Source: Acidimicrobiia bacterium (lineage in GTDB: Bacteria > Actinomycetota > Acidimicrobiia > Spongiisociales > JAENVV01). Taken from it: DNA of 64,000 bases. Where the stretch lies: NCBI GenBank assembly GCA_041577335.1, contig JBFGJH010000007.1, forward strand, positions 1 to 64,000. The letters are read 5' to 3'. Below are positions 55,689 through 64,000 of this stretch, in pieces (the stretch's first letter is position 1; the number at the start of each line of letters is the position of its first letter). Both the position numbers and the translations under genes were made by a program. Below the pieces are notes generated by a model. It worked only from the letters and a program-made list of their open reading frames with translations. It was not told where the DNA came from and ran no database searches.

Positions 55689-58427
55689 ATGACCAATGAC
55701 GCCTTCGGCGCTCGGGCAACCCTCTCAACTCCGCTCGGCGATCGTACGATCTATCGACTCGATGCGCTTCGAGAAATCGGCGACATCGACACGATTCCCT
55801 ACTCCATCAAGGTGCTGCTCGAGTCGGTGCTCAGGAACTACGACGGCCACATCGTTCAAGACGAAGATGTCCGAGCGCTGGCGTCGTACAACGCCTCCAA
55901 GGTGGGCGAAACCGAAATCCCTTTCACGCCTGGCCGAGTCGTGCTCCAGGATTTCACAGGTGTTCCGGCCGTCGTCGATCTCGCTGCCATGCGGTCTGCG
56001 GTCGTCAGAATGACGGGCGACACCGCCAACGCTGCCAAAGTGAATCCTCAGGTGCAATGTGACCTGGTGATCGATCACTCGGTTCAGGTCGATGCCTTCA
56101 ACTCGGGCATGGCACTTCGCATCAACGCCCAAATGGAGTTCGAGCGAAATCGCGAACGGTACGAGTTCCTCAAGTGGGGCCAGAGCGCTTTCTCCAACTT
56201 CAGAGTGGTGCCGCCGGCAACCGGCATCGTCCACCAGGTGAACTTGGAGTACCTCGCCAAGGTGGTCTGGGACAACGGAACCGAGCTCTATCCCGACAGC
56301 CTGGTCGGGACGGACTCACACACGACGATGATCAATGGAATCGGAGTCGTCGGTTGGGGCGTCGGCGGCATCGAAGCCGAAGCAGTGATGGTGGGTCAGC
56401 CCATCTACATGCTCATTCCTGAGGTTGTCGGCTTCAAGCTCACGGGCCAGCTCGCCGATGGCGCTACCGCCACGGACATGGTCTTGGCCGTCACCCAGCT
56501 GCTGCGTGAGCACGGCGTCGTCGGGAAGTTCGTCGAGTTCCATGGCCCCGGCCTCGCCGACATGCCGCTCGCCAACCGGGCAACCATCGCCAACATGGCC
56601 CCCGAATATGGCGCAACGGTGGGCTTCTTTCCCGTGGATGAGCAGACGTTGACCTACTTGCGCTTGACCGGCCGCGATGATGCGCTCGTCGACACCGTCG
56701 AGCAGTACTACAAAGAGCAGGGCCTCTGGCGCGACGACGCTCGCCAGATCACATATTCATCGAATCTCGAGCTCGACCTCTCAACGGTGCTCCCAGCGCT
56801 GGCCGGGCCGAAACGCCCCCAAGATCGGATCCTTCTCTCGGGCATGAAGGCCCAATGGGATCAAGACCTGGTCAACACGTTCCACAAGCCCAGTCCGGCC
56901 GCGTCTGGGACGATCCAGGAGATGGCAGACGAGGGTGGCCCGGCTCTGAACGGCGTCGACAGCGGCCCCCATCGGGTGGCCGTTGCCTACGAGGGGGCCA
57001 AGTTCGAGCTCGCCCATGGCGCTGTCGCCATCGCCGCCATCACCTCCTGCACGAACACCTCAAACCCTTCGGTGATGGTGGGCGCCGGTCTGGTCGCCAG
57101 AAAAGCACGCGAGAAGGGTCTCAACCGGAAACCGTGGGTGAAGACATCTCTGGCTCCCGGATCGAAGGTCGTGACCGAATATCTCGATGCGGCCGACCTG
57201 ACCAAGGACCTCGAGGGTGTCGGCTTCTTCAACGTCGGGTACGGATGCACGACGTGCATCGGCAACTCCGGCCCTCTACCGGAACCGATCGCCACCGCTG
57301 TGGAAGCCAACGACCTCGTGGTGGCATCGGTCCTGTCCGGCAACCGGAACTTCGAAGGCCGGATCTCTCCACTTGTCAAAGCCAACTACCTGGCGTCACC
57401 CCCACTCGTGGTCGCGTACGCCCTGGCCGGAACAGTCGACATCGATCTCACCACCGAGCCGCTGGGCGTCGGAAGCGACGGCAGTCCTGTCTACCTCAGG
57501 GACATCTGGCCGAGCCAGTCGGAGATCGATGAGGTCGTCCGCGTCGCGGTCAATCGCGAGCAGTTCGTGGAGCAATACAGCAACGTGTTCGAAGGGCCCG
57601 AGGAATGGCAAGCGATCGAGACCACAGGGGACGTTCTCTACAACTGGAACCCGGCATCCACGTATGTTCAGGAGCCTCCCTTCTTCGAGGGCCTCACCGC
57701 AGAGCCGGGCACGATTGGGCCCATCGAAGGCGCCCGCGTGCTCGTCAAGGTTGGCGGATCGGTCACCACCGATCACATCTCACCTGCCGGATCGATAGCC
57801 GAGACGTCCCCTGCCGGGGAATACCTGCTTGCCCAGGGGGTCGAGAAGAGACTGTTCAACTCGTATGGTTCCCGACGCGGCAACGATCGAGTTATGACGC
57901 GTGGGACATTCGCGAATGTCCGGGTACGCAACCATTTGGCTCCGAACACCGAAGGCGGATGGACGACCGATTTCACCGACGGACAAGTCAAAACGATCTA
58001 CGACGCCAGCCTTTCCTACCAGGCGGCGGGCATCCCGCTGATCGTGCTCGCCGGCAGCGACTACGGGATGGGGTCATCCCGCGATTGGGCTGCCAAAGGC
58101 ACGTACCTGCTCGGAGCGCGCGCCGTGATCGCCGAATCGTACGAGCGGATCCATCGGTCGAATCTCATCGGAATGGGTGTTCTGCCTCTGCAATACGCCG
58201 GCGGCGCAACCGCTGAGTCGCTCGGTCTCGACGGGACCGAAACATTCGACATCCGGGTCGACGACGGCCTGTTGCCTCGTCAGGACGTCGTGGTACGGGC
58301 CACTCGTGACGACGGTTCGGTGGTGGAATTCACGGCCACATGTCGGATCGATACACCCGTCGAGGTGGACTACTACCGCAACGGCGGGATTCTCCACACC
58401 GTATTGAAGTCGATGGCGTCATCCTGA
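55689..58427 (+). CDS. acnA: aconitate hydratase A
   Basis: [55 protein letters not shown]. Confidence 0.98.
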   Translation: MTNDAFGARATLSTPLGDRTIYRLDALREIGDIDTIPYSIKVLLESVLRNYDGHIVQDEDVRALASYNASKVGETEIPFTPGRVVLQDFTGVPAVVDLAAMRSAVVRMTGDTANAAKVNPQVQCDLVIDHSVQVDAFNSGMALRINAQMEFERNRERYEFLKWGQSAFSNFRVVPPATGIVHQVNLEYLAKVVWDNGTELYPDSLVGTDSHTTMINGIGVVGWGVGGIEAEAVMVGQPIYMLIPEVVGFKLTGQLADGATATDMVLAVTQLLREHGVVGKFVEFHGPGLADMPLANRATIANMAPEYGATVGFFPVDEQTLTYLRLTGRDDALVDTVEQYYKEQGLWRDDARQITYSSNLELDLSTVLPALAGPKRPQDRILLSGMKAQWDQDLVNTFHKPSPAASGTIQEMADEGGPALNGVDSGPHRVAVAYEGAKFELAHGAVAIAAITSCTNTSNPSVMVGAGLVARKAREKGLNRKPWVKTSLAPGSKVVTEYLDAADLTKDLEGVGFFNVGYGCTTCIGNSGPLPEPIATAVEANDLVVASVLSGNRNFEGRISPLVKANYLASPPLVVAYALAGTVDIDLTTEPLGVGSDGSPVYLRDIWPSQSEIDEVVRVAVNREQFVEQYSNVFEGPEEWQAIETTGDVLYNWNPASTYVQEPPFFEGLTAEPGTIGPIEGARVLVKVGGSVTTDHISPAGSIAETSPAGEYLLAQGVEKRLFNSYGSRRGNDRVMTRGTFANVRVRNHLAPNTEGGWTTDFTDGQVKTIYDASLSYQAAGIPLIVLAGSDYGMGSSRDWAAKGTYLLGARAVIAESYERIHRSNLIGMGVLPLQYAGGATAESLGLDGTETFDIRVDDGLLPRQDVVVRATRDDGSVVEFTATCRIDTPVEVDYYRNGGILHTVLKSMASS

Positions 58428-59254
58428 CCGCTGAAGACCTCACGGATCGTGGGATCGAAGGGTCGATCCATGACATCGGGCACGGGTCGCTCTCCCAACC
58501 AATGCGAGGCTGACAAAGCCCAGTCACCAGGACGGTCGGCTTTCTCGTCGGGAAGCACTCCCGCTCGATCGAGACTGCTGCGTCCGAAGACTTGCGCACG
58601 GGCGCTCACCGAGAAACAGTCGGCTCCGTTGGAGCTGATTATGACGCCTCGGTGGGACGGCAGTTCGTACCAGCCTTCGTCTCCACCGGAATACTCCCAA
58701 CCGATGAACTCGTTCAGGCATGCAGCCATGGAGCCAGGCATCAACTGATCCCCGTCCAACTCATCGATCCCGAACGTTCTTTCTTCGTAGTGCAGATGCG
58801 GGGTTGACGATGCGCCGGAGTTCCCAGACAGGCCCACCACGTCGCCGGCCTTCACCGGGCCGTCGGCGATGTGTACCTCGGACATATGGGCGAGGAGATA
58901 GTTGCGAGAACCGTCGGCCGCACTGATCTGCACCCAGTTCCCGTAGCCGTGGCCGCAGCCGCTCGGATGGTTGCCACAGTCCGAGCTCACGGCTGTCACG
59001 AAGCCATCCACCGGCGCGACCAACGGCGTGCCGGTGGGCATCAGGAAGTCGATGGCGTCGTAATCGTGGTGGCCATTGCAAACCGGCCCGCCACTGCCTC
59101 GAGTGCACCCCAACTCCGCTGAGCCGACAAACGGAACGACCGAGGGGGGATCGTCGGAGGCAGAGAGGGCGCGGGGCGCTGCTCCTGTGATGAGAACAAG
59201 GAGGACTGCGGCAATGACGACGAGCCGCGGCGAACGCGTGTAGCTGTGAGACAT
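58373..59254 (-). CDS. secreted M23-family peptidase
   Basis: Signal peptide, AIDF..GTP..A, GYGN.V, AHM, G.SGNSG.SS.PHLHYE. Confidence 0.85.
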   Translation of the reverse strand: MSHSYTRSPRLVVIAAVLLVLITGAAPRALSASDDPPSVVPFVGSAELGCTRGSGGPVCNGHHDYDAIDFLMPTGTPLVAPVDGFVTAVSSDCGNHPSGCGHGYGNWVQISAADGSRNYLLAHMSEVHIADGPVKAGDVVGLSGNSGASSTPHLHYEERTFGIDELDGDQLMPGSMAACLNEFIGWEYSGGDEGWYELPSHRGVIISSNGADCFSVSARAQVFGRSSLDRAGVLPDEKADRPGDWALSASHWLGERPVPDVMDRPFDPTIREVFSGQDDAIDFNTVWRIPPLR

Positions 59255-59430
59255 GAATACGGGGAAGATGCCTTATCGGCAACAAAAGGGATCGCCTTGA
59301 GGCGACCCGACAAGAAAGCTAGTGGAGTTGCGCACCGACACCAAGCCATCGTTTGCCAGTTATTGCCAGGCATGGGGATCGCTTCCACCCGGGAACACCC
59401 CCAGCCGGCCCTCACGACTACCGTGGCCGG

Positions 59431-59997
59431 ATGGCATTGATCGACCCCCTCGCATGGATCGACTTGGAGATGACGGGCCTGGACCCTGGCTCTGACGTCA
59501 TCGTGGAAATCGCAGTGATCCTCACCGACGGCCAGTTGGCACAGACGATCGAGGGACCCGATTTGGTCATTGCCGCCCCACCCGACGCCCTGGCTCGGAT
59601 GGCGCCGATCGTCCGCACGATGCACACAGAATCGGGCCTACTCGACCGGATCCGCAATTCCGCGATGTCGGTCGCCCAGGCTGAGGAATCGGTGATGGCC
59701 TTCCTCAGTTCCAATATCGCGGAGGGACAAGAGGTGTTGCTGGCCGGCAACAGCGTCCATACCGATCGCAGCTTCATCCAGGCGCACATGCCGACGCTCG
59801 ATGGATTCCTGCACTACCGCCACCTGGACGTGAGCACGCTCAAAGAGATCGCCAGGCGGTGGTACCCGGAGGCGCTCGCAACGGCTCCGCGCAAGAGTGG
59901 CGGCCACCGAGCGCTCGCCGACATCAGAGAGTCCATCAAAGAGCTCCGCCATTATCGACAGACCTTGTTTGTGGAGAGGGCTCAGGAGCCCCAGTAG
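59431..59997 (+). CDS. orn: oligoribonuclease
   Basis: WIDLEMTGL, MHTESGL, LAGNSV..DR.F, HYRHLDVST.KE, HRALADI.ES. Confidence 0.96.
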   Translation: MALIDPLAWIDLEMTGLDPGSDVIVEIAVILTDGQLAQTIEGPDLVIAAPPDALARMAPIVRTMHTESGLLDRIRNSAMSVAQAEESVMAFLSSNIAEGQEVLLAGNSVHTDRSFIQAHMPTLDGFLHYRHLDVSTLKEIARRWYPEALATAPRKSGGHRALADIRESIKELRHYRQTLFVERAQEPQ

Positions 59998-60590
59998 CGC
60001 TGCTCCCGGAACGGGTCGCCGTACATGTGGTAGCCATTTCGTTCCCAGAACCCGGCGACATCATGATCGAGGAAACGGAAGCTCCGAACCCACTTCACCG
60101 ACTTCCAGAAGTAGAGATGCGGGACAACGAGCCGAAGTGGCCAGCCGTGCTCCAGTTCGAGAGGTTCGCCGTCGAACGACCATGCCAAGAGGTTCTCGGG
60201 GCGCAGGAAGTCATCGAGCGGGAGGTTGGCCGTGTAGCCGTGCTCCGCTTGCACGAGCACATGGCTGGCTTCGTCATTGAGTGCCACGCCGCTCATGAAG
60301 TCGGTGATTCGAACACCCTGCCACCGGGTGTCCAGCTTCGACCATTTGGTGACGCAATGGATGTCGACAACCTGGTCGGTGGACGGCATTGCCGTGATCT
60401 CATCGAGGGTCCACGATTGCTCTGTCGCGACAAGGCCCATGATCTTGAAATCCCATGTTGCCAGGTCGATGTCGGGCACCACTCCTGCATGCAGCACCGG
60501 AAACCGGTCGGTGACGTATTGGCCCGGAGGTACCCGAGACGGGTCGACGCCATCTCCTCCTGGCGGCTGTTTGCCTCCTCCGAACCTCAT
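59982..60590 (-). CDS. sulfite-oxidase-like molybdopterin oxidoreductase
   Basis: RVPPGQY, DIHCVTKWS, HGWPLRLVVPHLYFWKSVKW, GFWERNGYH. Confidence 0.92.
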   Translation of the reverse strand: MRFGGGKQPPGGDGVDPSRVPPGQYVTDRFPVLHAGVVPDIDLATWDFKIMGLVATEQSWTLDEITAMPSTDQVVDIHCVTKWSKLDTRWQGVRITDFMSGVALNDEASHVLVQAEHGYTANLPLDDFLRPENLLAWSFDGEPLELEHGWPLRLVVPHLYFWKSVKWVRSFRFLDHDVAGFWERNGYHMYGDPFREQRYWGS

Positions 60591-60630
60591 GCGGGCGAGT
60601 GTAACGACGCGCACCCGGTAACATCCTGAA

Positions 60631-61209
60631 ATGGATTCGGACAGCTCCGATGGTCCACTCCCCCGAAGAACGGGCCGACTCACGGCGATCTTCATAGGTG
60701 TGATCGCTATTGCCCTGATCGCCGCCGCGGTGTGGCCTGGCCAGGACTCGACCCCGCTCGCCGAGGCGGGCGCCCTCGGCGTCGTCGGTAACGAAGATCC
60801 CGCCCCGGACTTCACGGTTCGCCTTTTCGACGGCTCCACCTTCACGCTTTCGGAGCACCTGGTGACGGACGGCAGGCCAGTTGTCCTGAATTTCTGGGCT
60901 TCGTGGTGCGCTCCGTGTCGAGCCGAAATGCCCGACTTCGACGCGGTGGCAGCCGAAAAGCCGGGCCTCTTGGTTCTAGGGGTGGCCGTACAGGACTCCG
61001 AGGCCAACGCTCGCGAGTTTGCTGAAGAAGTAGGAGTTTCGTACCCGCTGGGCATTGATAGCGACGAAACGGTGGCCGCGGCATATCGCTACCTGGGATT
61101 GCCTGCGACGTGGCTCATCTCTACGGACGGAACGATCGCCCGCCAGATCAACGGGCAGGTCGATGCAGATGCGCTGCGAGAGATGGTGGCAGGCAGTTTC
61201 GGCTTCTGA
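60631..61209 (+). CDS. TlpA/ResA-family thiol-disulfide oxidoreductase
   Basis: N-terminal TM, APDF, VVLNFWASWCAPCRAEMP, GLP.T. Confidence 0.93.
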   Translation: MDSDSSDGPLPRRTGRLTAIFIGVIAIALIAAAVWPGQDSTPLAEAGALGVVGNEDPAPDFTVRLFDGSTFTLSEHLVTDGRPVVLNFWASWCAPCRAEMPDFDAVAAEKPGLLVLGVAVQDSEANAREFAEEVGVSYPLGIDSDETVAAAYRYLGLPATWLISTDGTIARQINGQVDADALREMVAGSFGF

Positions 61210-61352
61210 CGCGAATCCGCCCCCGGGCCGGCACCCGAAGTCCCACACGAGGCGGCGAGATCGAGGCGGGCAACATATTGACAGGCCGCCCCGCGCGGGT
61301 ATCAGTTCAACGACGACAGCCTCGGTCAGGTTCCCGCAGTCGGCTCGACTCG

Positions 61353-61502
61353 CTACTGAATCACTCCACCGTTGTCGATGAGATCGCCCGCCCGCTCGAA
61401 CGCGAGAGCGAGTGCCATGAGCGCCAACACCAGCAGGACCACCATGACTCCTGCCCGCACGGGCGGCGGACCGGGAAGACCGTTGTATATCCGTTTCAGC
61501 AT
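61353..61502 (-). CDS. 49-aa single-pass membrane protein downstream of the sortase (not in ORF track)
   Basis: MLKRIYNGLPGPPPVRAGVMVVLLVLALMALALAFERAGDLIDNGGVIQ; ATG overlaps the sortase TGA. Confidence 0.65.
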   Translation of the reverse strand: MLKRIYNGLPGPPPVRAGVMVVLLVLALMALALAFERAGDLIDNGGVIQ

Positions 61503-62236
61503 CAGCCGACTCCGACGCTATCAGAGCCGTCGGCCGTGTCAGACGCTCCGTAGAGATATTCGAAATTCGGACCGTCGACGAGCTCGGCGAACACCACGAG
61601 GCGCTGGCGAGCCGATCGCCTGGGATGACAAGTCGTGAGCGTGAGCCACGAACCTTCCCGGGGCTCGGTCACCCACACGTCGGTGGGCTCGACAATCAAG
61701 ACTTCCCGAACCGTGTAGATGTGGGCGCCGGTCGCCGTCTGGACCGTGATCTCGTCGCCGTCTTCGAGTAGATCGAGATCAGCAAACGGAGCTTCATATG
61801 TGGTGCGATGACCGCTGATCACGGCGTTGCCGGGCTGGCCGGGCAGCGGGGTCCACGGCATGTGCCCCGGGCCCTTCTTCAGGTCGTCTCGGCGCACGCC
61901 CTCGAAAACAATGTGGTCGACCTCCGCCTTTTCGCTGATGATGCGCGCGAATGGATTGCCCTCATCGACCGCGAACTCCGGGTAGAGCACCGGGGCGGTT
62001 TCGTCGGATCCTTGATCGGGAGCGGTCCCCACAACGGCTGGAGCCACCGGGAGCCCGGCTTCCTGAATCTGATCGATCGTGTTGTCAAAGATGCTCTCGA
62101 GCTGAGACTCGGCGTCGGCCTGCGCCTGCGCTGTGATGAACCCCGTTCCCCACAGCTGATAGGCGAGAAACGCCAGGATGAGTCCCCCGGACCAGATCAT
62201 GGCCCACCCGAGAATGCGGACGACCTTCACCCACAC
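61502..62236 (-). CDS. class E sortase
   Basis: TM ...YQLWGT, GPGHMP.T.LPG..GN..ISGHRTTY.APF, LTLTTCHP, RLVV. Confidence 0.93.
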   Translation of the reverse strand: MWVKVVRILGWAMIWSGGLILAFLAYQLWGTGFITAQAQADAESQLESIFDNTIDQIQEAGLPVAPAVVGTAPDQGSDETAPVLYPEFAVDEGNPFARIISEKAEVDHIVFEGVRRDDLKKGPGHMPWTPLPGQPGNAVISGHRTTYEAPFADLDLLEDGDEITVQTATGAHIYTVREVLIVEPTDVWVTEPREGSWLTLTTCHPRRSARQRLVVFAELVDGPNFEYLYGASDTADGSDSVGVG

Positions 62237-62279
62237 ACCTCTCTTTCGAGTGGTCAGCGTATCAGTGTCTCGGCGCTTC

Positions 62280-63041
62280 TCAACGTCCCTTGAACTCGGG
62301 TGTCCGCTTCCCGACAAAGGCAGCCAGCCCCTCGCGAGCATCCTCGGTCATCGCCACCGAGGTGAGACCCACAGCGAGATGGTCGAGAGCCGCATCGAAG
62401 GCCAGATCTTGGACTGCATAGAAGCTGTGTTTGCCCATGGCCAGCACAGCCCGACTCTTGCTCATGAGCTCAGCAACGAGCTCGTCGACCGCGGCGTCGA
62501 GCTCTTCCGGAGCGACCACTCGGGACAGGGCACCGATCCGCAAGGCCTCGGCGGCCCCGATCCGCCGACCGCTCATGACCAAGTCGAGGGCCACCTTGGG
62601 CGGAAGGCTCCGCTGAATCACTGTGGAGATCATCATCGGGAACAGGCCGACCGTCACCTCGGGCGCTCCAAACGATGCCATGTCGACGCCGATTGCCATA
62701 TCGCACGCCAGCATCAACCCGAAGCCGCCGGCTAGCGCATGTCCGTTGACGCGGGCCACAACCGGCTGATCGCAGCGCCGCATCAATCGAAACAGCTCAG
62801 CAAGTCGGCTCCGTTCTCGGTGAGTGGCAAGCGGCTCATCGAAAAATCCACCGCTGAGGTCCCCGCCTGCGCAAAACGCCTTGTCGCCTGCCCCGGTGAT
62901 GATTACAACCCGGATCTGGTCTGGCATCGTGTTGAACCCACTGATCAAGCCGGCAACGACATCGTCGGTCAGCGGGTTGCGGCGATCAGGGTCGTCGATG
63001 GTGAATGTGAGCCGTCCCGCAGAAACTTCGGTTCGGAGCAT
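62280..63041 (-). CDS. enoyl-CoA hydratase/isomerase
   Basis: AFCAGGDL, VNGHALAGG, PEVTVG, EDAREG..AF..KR.P.F. Confidence 0.92.
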   Translation of the reverse strand: MLRTEVSAGRLTFTIDDPDRRNPLTDDVVAGLISGFNTMPDQIRVVIITGAGDKAFCAGGDLSGGFFDEPLATHRERSRLAELFRLMRRCDQPVVARVNGHALAGGFGLMLACDMAIGVDMASFGAPEVTVGLFPMMISTVIQRSLPPKVALDLVMSGRRIGAAEALRIGALSRVVAPEELDAAVDELVAELMSKSRAVLAMGKHSFYAVQDLAFDAALDHLAVGLTSVAMTEDAREGLAAFVGKRTPEFKGR

Positions 63042-63108
63042 GATTCTCCTGGATATCGTTGGCGAAACATAGTCGATTGGCCCCCCACCCTGGTACGGTC
63101 GAAACGCA

Positions 63109-63696
63109 ATGCTGTGGCTCCTCCTCGTCCTATTCATAGCGATCTTCATTGCCGTGCTGCGTGGTGGCCGGTTGGGCAACCTGGCGGAGATCGAACTGAA
63201 GCTGTGGTACCTGTTGGTGCTTGGCTTCGTCATGCAGGGCGTCACCGAATTCTTCCCAGATGATGCGTCCTGGTCACGGCCAGCTGGCGTGTCTTTGGTG
63301 CTGCTGTCCTATCTGCCGATCCTCGCCACGATTGCGGCCAACCGCGCCAAGCCGGGGATGTGGCTGGCCGGAATCGGGATTCTGATGAACTTCACCGTCA
63401 TCGCTTCCAACGGTGGCATGCCGGTGATGCAGGAAGCTGCCCAGGTGGCGGCGTCCACCGACGCAATCGTCCTCGTCGCCGACCACAAGCACGTGGTGCT
63501 CGATGCGGCAACCCGCCTTCCCTTCCTGGCTGATGTGATTCCCCTTCGTTTTCTCGGGGAGGGCAACGTGTTGTCGCTGGGCGATGTGTTCCTGGCGGTC
63601 GGTCTCGGCCGGTTCCTCGAGGCTGAGCTCAGGCGTCCGGTCCGTTGGTTCAAACACAGGGCGGCATCGGAATCAGGGAGCGCAGAACGCGGCTAG
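63109..63696 (+). CDS. DUF5317-like membrane protein
   Basis: RGGRL.NL, N...I.SNGGMPV, KH, TRLPFLADVIP, SLGD. Confidence 0.8.
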   Translation: MLWLLLVLFIAIFIAVLRGGRLGNLAEIELKLWYLLVLGFVMQGVTEFFPDDASWSRPAGVSLVLLSYLPILATIAANRAKPGMWLAGIGILMNFTVIASNGGMPVMQEAAQVAASTDAIVLVADHKHVVLDAATRLPFLADVIPLRFLGEGNVLSLGDVFLAVGLGRFLEAELRRPVRWFKHRAASESGSAERG

Positions 63697-63706
63697 CGAG
63701 CAGGCT

Positions 63707-64000
63707 TCACCGAACTGCTGCTGTGTTGACAAGCCCCAAGTCGACGACCGTGCGCACCGCCTCGACGACATCAGGGTCGTAGTCATAGGCAGCTCCCCGG
63801 TGCATCACCTCGAGGGCTTCGAGTGGTGAGAAACCCATCTCGTTGATTGCGTGGTCGAACGCGCTCGATGCCCTGATGACCTTCGAAGCAAGAGGAACGT
63901 TGGGATCCTTCTGCTCTCCAGGCCGACGATACGGTTGATGTTGGAGGCGAACGAGCGTGGCCACGTTGCTGAGGTAGCGGGCCTCGGAGATGATCTCGCT
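63707..64000 (-). CDS. HD-GYP-like domain protein, C-terminal part only (degenerate)
   Basis: VPLASKVI...SAFD, EALE.M..GA..YDP.VV.A; runs off the window end. Confidence 0.65.
   Translation of the reverse strand, partial: SEIISEARYLSNVATLVRLQHQPYRRPGEQKDPNVPLASKVIRASSAFDHAINEMGFSPLEALEVMHRGAAYDYDPDVVEAVRTVVDLGLVNTAAVR

Noticed and set aside
61278..61306. TTGACA followed by TATCAG as a plus-strand promoter
   Set aside because: Poor -10 match with a 16-bp spacer, pointing antisense into the small ORF with no downstream gene; insufficient support.
1..64000. CRISPR array, rRNA, transposase or prophage genes
   Set aside because: No regularly spaced direct repeats, rRNA-like segments, or transposase, integrase or phage structural motifs were recognised.

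Overview
A 64-kb GC-rich bacterial chromosomal segment, actinobacterial by content (WhiB, DUF3107, class E sortase, SepX/GlpR-like protein, DUF5317, tRNAs without encoded CCA). PlsY and a Bacillus-type AbrB point to a deep-branching lineage such as Acidimicrobiia (inference). Most of it is core genome: rsmI-tatD-rsmA-ispE-tRNA-Gln-glmU-prs, plsY-galU-moeA-moaC-mog, uppP, htrA, mrp, acnA, orn, Ku and an ATP-dependent ligase, plus tRNA-Arg(CCG), tRNA-Gln(TTG) and tRNA-Ala(CGC). The most striking part is an accessory block downstream of tRNA-Ala (about 25.9-36.0 kb) that looks like a self-contained cyclic-nucleotide/two-component circuit. It holds a REC-(HTH)-class III cyclase with Gln at the usual adenine-specifying Lys, a cNMP-binding protein with an unrecognised N-terminal domain, and an MBL-fold phosphodiesterase candidate. 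It also holds two paralogous membrane histidine kinases with complementary defects (one lacks the phospho-acceptor His), a NarL-type regulator, a stand-alone receiver and two exported metal-binding candidates. Four copies of a palindromic operator with a fixed promoter geometry tie these genes together. Other oddities: an EccC-like FtsK ATPase with a ubiquitin-like N-terminus, a ParA lacking its signature lysine paired with a double ribbon-helix-helix protein, an orphan TcpC/VirB8-like gene coupled to a LysM protein, a bacterial Translin/Trax homologue, a lipoprotein that appears to need a non-canonical start codon, tandem CRP boxes before whiB, and a glycan-modification cassette. All family assignments come from motif recognition by eye; no database searches were run.
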